From: Bacilli bacterium
Lineage (GTDB): Bacteria; Bacillota_I; Bacilli_A; RFN20; CAG-826
DNA length: 64,000 nt
NCBI GenBank assembly: GCA_034176765.1
Contig: JAXFTN010000131.1
Coordinates: 942-64,941 of the forward strand
Direction of reading: 5' to 3'
Part shown: positions 58,149 through 64,000 of the stretch, piece by piece
How positions within the stretch are numbered: the first letter of the stretch is position 1
Layout: each line of letters starts with the position of its first letter
Position numbers and translations under genes: made by a program
Notes under the pieces: model-generated
Seen by the model: the letters and a program-made list of their open reading frames with translations, nothing else
What the model was told of the DNA's origin: nothing
Databases searched by the model: none

Positions 58149-59454
58149 AATACACCTTACAATTTGAAGCTTTAATTTCTACATCTTTTTTTAAAGAACT
58201 ATCAATATAAATGTTTAGCTTATTATCTTTGTCTGTATCCATAATAATTAGGGAAAGATCTTTATCAGGATATTTAGCTAATAAATTATTTCTGTATGTG
58301 AAACATTGTTCTAGAGGCAAATTAACAAACATTGTTGAAAGAGCATCAAGTTGAGCATTAGAAAATGTCTTAGAAATAATAGTTACACTTGAATGTTCTT
58401 GACTACAATCACCAGTATAAGGATTAATAATGTGATGACGATATAATTTATTATTATCATCAGTATTAATATAATATGAATTATGATTATAATTACCAGA
58501 TGTTGAAATACCGTAATCATAATTTACACTTAAAGAAAAAGCTATATCTCTAATAATAGAGTTTCCTGTGCGAGGATCAGCAAAATTAAATAATTGATAT
58601 CCTTTTTCAAAAAAAGTAGGCGCAGTTAAAGAAGCTAATGAACTAGAACCAGCATTAATAACTCCATCAGTATAATTTAATGATAAGAATTTTTCTTTAA
58701 TGTAATCAACTGCTAACCCTTTTGCAATACCACCTGTAGTTATAACGGGACGATATTTAGAAGTGACTTTATTTCTTTCTAGTATGGAACCATTATATTC
58801 TTTATTATCAATAGCATTAAATGTAATTTCTTTTTTTTCATCATTAAAAGTAAACAATTCTTTAACTTCATCCATAGTTGGTGTAGCATTTGCGTATTTT
58901 AACATTTCAAGATTTTGTTCTTGACTATAGTAAGGGTCATAAAGATGAACATCATTACCTTCATCTAAGACATTGTAAAAAATGTCATCCCAAAAAGAAT
59001 TTAATTTACCAACAAAGAAATTAAAATAACCATTAGTTTCCAGTGTCATATCATATCCAACTTTTAGTAAAGAATATACTTTATCATCACATTTAATTGG
59101 AACATTACTACCATATGAATCGTTAATTACTTTAATCGAGGTAATAATGTTGCCATCTTCATCTTTATAGTTATAGTGTCTATCAAATAATTTATGTAAA
59201 GAATTGATTTGATCTAAAAAGATACTTTTAACTTTTTCATCAAAATTATCTTCATAAGTTTTCTTTTCGTTTTTAAAGTATTTAAAAGTCATTACCGTAT
59301 TAAATGGGACTACAGGTATATTAGTAGATGTTAAAACTGAAGCTGTACTATTAGATACAACTAACCATTCTCCTTTATTAATGACTTTATCTGCGCATGA
59401 AATTAGCGAAGAGGAGCAAAGTAAAATTGATAAATATTTGAATTTGTTTTTCAT
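58141..59454 (-). CDS. apbE: FAD:protein FMN transferase (ApbE family), lipoprotein, copy 2
   Basis: Lipobox LISCAD. ApbE motifs are present: TGGIAKGLAVDYI, INAGSSS, HHIINPYTGD and LDALSTMF. Confidence 0.72.
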   Translation of the reverse strand: MKNKFKYLSILLCSSSLISCADKVINKGEWLVVSNSTASVLTSTNIPVVPFNTVMTFKYFKNEKKTYEDNFDEKVKSIFLDQINSLHKLFDRHYNYKDEDGNIITSIKVINDSYGSNVPIKCDDKVYSLLKVGYDMTLETNGYFNFFVGKLNSFWDDIFYNVLDEGNDVHLYDPYYSQEQNLEMLKYANATPTMDEVKELFTFNDEKKEITFNAIDNKEYNGSILERNKVTSKYRPVITTGGIAKGLAVDYIKEKFLSLNYTDGVINAGSSSLASLTAPTFFEKGYQLFNFADPRTGNSIIRDIAFSLSVNYDYGISTSGNYNHNSYYINTDDNNKLYRHHIINPYTGDCSQEHSSVTIISKTFSNAQLDALSTMFVNLPLEQCFTYRNNLLAKYPDKDLSLIIMDTDKDNKLNIYIDSSLKKDVEIKASNCKVYYE

Positions 59455-59498
59455 ATTGTCCCTCCTTACTATTTTATATTTTATATAAAATATAAAAA

Positions 59499-59536
59499 AA
59501 TAGCAATTTAATTATATATTAAATAAATTGCTATTC
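59499..59536 (-). terminator. Rho-independent terminator for the LacI-family gene
   Basis: Inverted repeat AATAGCAATTT...AAATTGCTATT followed, on the minus strand, by a T7 run. Confidence 0.55.
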
Positions 59537-59553
59537 TTTCTTAAAACTTTATG

Positions 59554-60549
59554 TTACTTTTCCGATCTCTCAATAACAGAATTTCTTTCTACTATTTGTC
59601 CTCTTAAAGTTACTCTTTGTGGAGATTTATTAATGAAAAGTGAAGATAATAACTCAAATGCTGTTTTTCCCATTTTTGCAAAATCTTGTCTAACTGTAGT
59701 TAAAGAAGGTTTAATGTGTTCTGCAATATCTAAATCATCAAAACCAGTAATTGAAATATCTTCAGGAACTCTAATACCTTTGCTTGTAAAACCTTCAATT
59801 AATCCAATAGCCATTAAATCTGAACTACAAACAACAGCAGTTATTCCTTTATTTAAAAAGAAATCACTTAAATTTTCAGCAGATGTTTTTGTATAGTCAC
59901 CATTAATTACAAAGTCTGGATTATATTCAATATTATTATTTGATAGACCAATTATATAGCCTGCTAATCTTTCATTAGAAACAAATGAATGTTTTTCACC
60001 ATTTAAGAAGCCAATGTTACGATGGCCTTTTGAAACCAAATAAGAAACGATTTTACTAATAGAATTTAAGTTATCAATACCAACAGTTGATACATTATCT
60101 GCTGTATAGTTGTTATCATATAAAACAACAGGATGGTTGATATTATCTAGTTGATCGAATAATTTAGAATGATAATTAATTCCAACAATAAAAGTACCAT
60201 CAAACTTATTGTCTTCTAAATAAGATGAAAGATTAAATGATTCATCTTTATTTGATAAAGCTTCTATAACTACTTCACAGTTATTTGCAGTAGCTTCTGT
60301 TGAAAATGATGTTGCTAAAGGATAAAAAATATTTCCTTGAGCATTAAGATTCATATTATCGAATAAAATACAAATACGACGACGATGTTTACTAACTTTA
60401 CGTTCTTCTTTTGTTTGATATCCACATTCTTTTACATAATTTAATACTAATTGCCTTGTTGTTTCAGATACATCAAAAGCACCAGTGATAGCTTTTGATA
60501 CTGTACTAATTGATAGATTCAAGGCTTCCGCAATGTCTTTAATTCTCAT
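59554..60549 (-). CDS. LacI-family transcriptional regulator
   Basis: N-terminal HTH MRIKDIAEALNLSISTVSKAI plus a periplasmic-binding-protein-like sugar-binding core. RBS GAGGGAG precedes the ATG at 60549. Confidence 0.85.
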   Translation of the reverse strand: MRIKDIAEALNLSISTVSKAITGAFDVSETTRQLVLNYVKECGYQTKEERKVSKHRRRICILFDNMNLNAQGNIFYPLATSFSTEATANNCEVVIEALSNKDESFNLSSYLEDNKFDGTFIVGINYHSKLFDQLDNINHPVVLYDNNYTADNVSTVGIDNLNSISKIVSYLVSKGHRNIGFLNGEKHSFVSNERLAGYIIGLSNNNIEYNPDFVINGDYTKTSAENLSDFFLNKGITAVVCSSDLMAIGLIEGFTSKGIRVPEDISITGFDDLDIAEHIKPSLTTVRQDFAKMGKTAFELLSSLFINKSPQRVTLRGQIVERNSVIERSEK

Positions 60550-60713
60550 AATAATACTCCCTCTTTCCAATTATATTTTAATATTTTCGAATATTTTTTC
60601 AAGTATTTTCGATAAATATACTAAAAAAGTTCGAATTTTTGCGATAATTGATATATAAATTGACTTTATTGGCAAATATTTATACTATATATATGAAAAT
60701 AAAAATAAATTTT

Positions 60714-60725
60714 ACCGAAAATTTT
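60714..60725. promoter_or_regulatory. Candidate operator: perfect 12-bp palindrome CGAAAATTTTCG between the LacI-family gene and malQ
   Basis: Perfect dyad located 7 nt upstream of the malQ RBS region. Central CG is typical of LacI-family half-sites. Confidence 0.3.
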
Positions 60726-60741
60726 CGAGAAAGGGATTATT

Positions 60742-62250
60742 ATGTTTAATAAAAATCGTGAAGCAGGTATTCTTTTACACATCACTTCTTTACCATCTAA
60801 ATATGGAGTAGGTACAGTTGGTAAGAAGGCTTATTCATTTATTAGATGGATGAAAAAAGCAGGACTTAAAATCTGGCAAATTTTACCATTAGGTCCTACA
60901 AGTTACGGAGACTCTCCATATCAATCTGTATCAGCTATGGCAGTCAATTATTATTTAATTGATTTAGATATGTTAAAAGATGAGGGCTTACTTGAAGAAA
61001 AAGATTATAAGAATGTTGATTTTGGTAATGATCCAAAAAGAGTAAATTATGAAAAATTATTCAATAATCGTATTACAGTTTTAAAGAAAGCATTTTCTCG
61101 CTTTAACAAAAAGAATAAAGAATTTGTTGAGTTTTGTAAAAATGAAGATTATTTAGACTTTGGTGTCTTTATGACTATTAAAGCTATGAATAATTATAAT
61201 GCTTGGACAGAATGGCCTGAAGAATATAGAAACTATTCTCAAGAAGTTGTAGAAAAAGTTTTAAATAAATATGGTAATGAAGTTAAATTTTGGCAATTTA
61301 CTCAATTTAAATTCTTACAACAATGGAAAGCATTAAAATCTTTTGCTAATAGTAATGGAATTGAAATTATGGGTGATATTCCTCTATATATTGGTGGAGA
61401 TAGTGTCGAATTATGGAAATATCCTGAATTATTTATTACAGATGAAAATCATCGTCCAACTTTAGTTGCTGGCTGTCCACCTGATTGTTTTACAGAATTT
61501 GGACAATTATGGGGAAATCCTGTTTATGACTGGGATTATAGCAAAAAAACAAATTATGCTTGGTGGAATAAACGTATTTATAATACCTTCAATTTAGTTG
61601 ATATTTTACGTATTGATCACTTTAGAGGCCTAGATAGATGGTATGCTATTGAAAATGGTAGACCAGATGCAAAAATTGGTGAATGGAAAGATGGCCCTAA
61701 ATTTGATTTATTCAAAGATAAAACAGATTTATGTATCGTCGCTGAAGATTTAGGATTTATCGATGAAGGTGTAAGAATTCTAATGAGACAAACTGGTTAT
61801 CCTGGTATGAAAATTCTAGAATTTGCATTTGATGGTCATGACGATAATGAACATAAACCTACAAATACTACACCTAACTATGTTGTTTATACAGGTACTC
61901 ATGACAATATGCCTTTAAGACAATATATTGATGATTTAAATGGTCATGAAAGATGGGTCTTTGTTGAAGATTTAAAAAATCAATGTAATAGAATCAATGT
62001 TCCTTATACTGAAGAAGAATTATCTACTAGTGTTGGATTAACTAATAAAGCTGTCGAGTTAGCATTTGCTTCTGTTGCTAATACTGCTATTATTCCAATG
62101 CAAGATTTCTTAGCTTTAGGTGGAGAATCTCGTATGAATTTACCAAGTACTGTATCTACTGCTAACTGGTCATATAGATTAAATCGTGGTGATACTTCTA
62201 TTGAATTAGCTAAGCGAATTAAGAGTTTAGTTAAAACTTATAATAGATAA
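60742..62250 (+). CDS. malQ: 4-alpha-glucanotransferase (amylomaltase)
   Basis: N-terminus REAGILLHITSLPSKYGVGT and LGPTSYGDSPYQS motifs are present. Length is 502 aa. Confidence 0.9.
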   Translation: MFNKNREAGILLHITSLPSKYGVGTVGKKAYSFIRWMKKAGLKIWQILPLGPTSYGDSPYQSVSAMAVNYYLIDLDMLKDEGLLEEKDYKNVDFGNDPKRVNYEKLFNNRITVLKKAFSRFNKKNKEFVEFCKNEDYLDFGVFMTIKAMNNYNAWTEWPEEYRNYSQEVVEKVLNKYGNEVKFWQFTQFKFLQQWKALKSFANSNGIEIMGDIPLYIGGDSVELWKYPELFITDENHRPTLVAGCPPDCFTEFGQLWGNPVYDWDYSKKTNYAWWNKRIYNTFNLVDILRIDHFRGLDRWYAIENGRPDAKIGEWKDGPKFDLFKDKTDLCIVAEDLGFIDEGVRILMRQTGYPGMKILEFAFDGHDDNEHKPTNTTPNYVVYTGTHDNMPLRQYIDDLNGHERWVFVEDLKNQCNRINVPYTEEELSTSVGLTNKAVELAFASVANTAIIPMQDFLALGGESRMNLPSTVSTANWSYRLNRGDTSIELAKRIKSLVKTYNR

Positions 62251-62262
62251 TTAATTAAAATT

Positions 62263-62290
62263 AAGGCACTTCACAAGTGCCTTATTTTAT
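62263..62290 (+). terminator. Rho-independent terminator after malQ
   Basis: Hairpin AAGGCACTTCACAAGTGCCTT followed by a T-rich tail. Confidence 0.7.
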
Positions 62291-62340
62291 ATTGAGTATA
62301 TATATGATAAAATAACAATTGTTGAAAAGAGGATTCTTAA

Positions 62341-64000
62341 ATGAGTGAAAGTTTGAAAAGTCTTAAAAATTATAAGAAGCAACTTATTTTAGGTCCTATA
62401 TTCAAGTTAACTGAAGCTGTTTTTGAACTTATTGTACCTTTATTCATGGCTTATATTATTGACTATGGTATCTCACTAGATAGTAATAATAATGTTATTG
62501 GTGGAGATATGGGTGTAATTCTTAAGACAGGATCAATGATAGTTGCACTTGGAATATTAGGATTACTATGTTCAATCATTTGTCAATATTTTGCATCAAG
62601 AGCTGGTCAAGGATTTGGCACTGAATTACGTAATAAAATGTTAAAACATATTTTTAAATTGCCAATGAGTGAACAAGATAAATTAGGCAGTGCTAAGTTA
62701 GAAAATATTATGATTAATGATATTAATCAGTTACAAACAGCTGTTAATATGTTTATTCGTCTTGTTGTTAGAGCTCCGTTTTTAGTAGTTGGTGGTATCG
62801 TTTGTGCTTTTTTAATTAATGTTAAAGTAGCACTTATTTTTGTGGCTTCTCTTCCATTTTTTATATTAGTTTTAGTATTTGTTTTAAAAGCAAGTAGCAA
62901 AAGACATGTAAAAATACAAGCTTCATTAGATGTTATAAATAAATCTGTTAACGAAGGAGTTACAGGACAAAGAGTAGTAAGAGTTTTTAATGCTCAAGAC
63001 ATGATGATAAATGATTATAAAAAAACAAATGATCAATTATATAAAGATAATAATAATGTAAGTAAAATCACATCTTTATTAAGTCCTTTAACCTTTATAA
63101 TTGTTAATGTTGCTACAGTCTTTATTGTTTATTTTGCTGCTAAATTTGTTGATTTTGGAGAATTAACTCAAGGTGATGTTTTTACTCTAGTTAATTATAT
63201 GAATCAAATTCTATTAGCTTTAATTGTTGTTTCTAATCTAGTGGTTATTTTTACAAAAGCTTTTGCTTCATTAAAAAGAACTGATTCTTTGTTTGCTTTA
63301 AAAGAGGAAGAAAGTAAAGATTATGTTGAACTTGGTTTTGATAAAACAAAACCACTATTATCATTAAATAAAGTTTCTTTTAAATTTGATAATTCTTTAA
63401 ACTATATTTTACAAAATATTACATTTGAGTTAAATAAAGGTGAATCTTTAGGAATTATAGGTGGGACTGGTAGTGGTAAGTCTACTTTATGTAATTTAAT
63501 ATCTGGTTTTTTTGATCCATCAAAAGGTAAAATTAGTTTATATGGTAAAGATATTACTACTTTAAAAAAAGAGGATATTAATAATTTAGTTTCAATGGCT
63601 TCTCAAAAAGCATATTTATTTACAGGTACTGTAAAAGATAATTTCTTAATGGCAAAAAATGATGCAACTGATAAAGAAATTATTGATTGTTTAAAACTTG
63701 CTAAAGCATATTCGTTTGTAAATAAATATGAAGATGGTCTTGATCATTATTTAGAAGAAAGTGGTCGTAATCTATCGGGAGGACAAAAGCAAAGATTATC
63801 TTTAGCTCGTACTTTATTAAAAAATAGTGATTTAATTATTTTAGATGATGTTACAAGTGCTCTAGATGCTATTACAACTAAACAAGTTCTATTAAATCTT
63901 GAAAAGTTAAATGATAAAGCTAAGATTATCGTTTCTCAAAAAATCAGTGCCATAAAAAATTGTGATAAGATTTTAGTTATTGAAAATGGTAAAAATTGTG
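62341..64000 (+). CDS. ABC transporter permease/ATP-binding fusion (exporter type), 3'-truncated by the window end
   Basis: Six N-terminal helices. NBD with Walker A GGTGSGKST, signature LSGGQKQR and Walker B IILDDVTSALD. No stop before position 64000. Confidence 0.85.
   Translation, partial: MSESLKSLKNYKKQLILGPIFKLTEAVFELIVPLFMAYIIDYGISLDSNNNVIGGDMGVILKTGSMIVALGILGLLCSIICQYFASRAGQGFGTELRNKMLKHIFKLPMSEQDKLGSAKLENIMINDINQLQTAVNMFIRLVVRAPFLVVGGIVCAFLINVKVALIFVASLPFFILVLVFVLKASSKRHVKIQASLDVINKSVNEGVTGQRVVRVFNAQDMMINDYKKTNDQLYKDNNNVSKITSLLSPLTFIIVNVATVFIVYFAAKFVDFGELTQGDVFTLVNYMNQILLALIVVSNLVVIFTKAFASLKRTDSLFALKEEESKDYVELGFDKTKPLLSLNKVSFKFDNSLNYILQNITFELNKGESLGIIGGTGSGKSTLCNLISGFFDPSKGKISLYGKDITTLKKEDINNLVSMASQKAYLFTGTVKDNFLMAKNDATDKEIIDCLKLAKAYSFVNKYEDGLDHYLEESGRNLSGGQKQRLSLARTLLKNSDLIILDDVTSALDAITTKQVLLNLEKLNDKAKIIVSQKISAIKNCDKILVIENGKNC

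Noticed and set aside
1-64000. Scanned for CRISPR-like direct repeats, tRNA/rRNA genes, transposase/integrase signatures and attachment-site repeats.
   Set aside because: No periodic repeat array, no cloverleaf-like conserved tRNA segments, and no DDE/tyrosine-recombinase ORFs were seen. The gene content is housekeeping and composition is uniformly AT-rich, so the window looks like native chromosome rather than a mobile island.

Overview
This is a 64-kb chromosomal window from a very AT-rich, low-GC Gram-positive-type genome (Firmicutes-like). It has SD-type RBSs, many 1-4 nt gene overlaps, lipoproteins with L-x-x-C lipoboxes and a T-box leader. No rRNA, tRNA, CRISPR array, transposase or integrase was seen.

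Gene content, in order:
- A translation and housekeeping block: ppa, a transaldolase-family gene, trmL, gmk, an RsmB-like gene, rlmN, rsgA, rpe, rpmB.
- A three-gene SMC-like operon at 11.6-17.1 kb that matches JetA/JetB/JetC of Wadjet (MksF/E/B-like) but has no JetD/MksG nuclease gene on either flank.
- Glycogen synthesis genes glgC, glgD, glgA.
- A lysine-branch cluster: asd, a short dapF, and an aminotransferase.
- ppiB, a T-box-controlled leuS, tex, coaX, a peptidase and tRNA-modification block (pepV, trmB, an M42 peptidase, ytpR), and an SDR oxidoreductase.
- A 20-kb bioenergetic island (39-59.5 kb):
  - a 10-gene Mrp-type cation/proton antiporter in Mbh-like order (E-F-G-B'-B-C-D-D-D-A) on the minus strand;
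  - divergent from it, an rnfCDGEA(B) operon in which RnfD carries a fused FMN-binding domain and RnfB is truncated to its N-terminal Cys-cluster module;
  - then a two-repeat surface lipoprotein, two lipoprotein ApbE-type flavin transferases, a NusG-domain-II protein and a Gx-transporter-family membrane protein.
- A LacI-family regulator, malQ, and the start of an ABC exporter.

The most unusual items are the JetD-less JetABC operon, the Rnf/Mrp/extracytoplasmic-flavinylation island with its truncated RnfB, a fusion of a TudS-like DUF523 domain to an ECF-S-component-like membrane domain, and a catalytically decayed RsmB homolog. All calls rest on reading conserved motifs and synteny; no searches were run.
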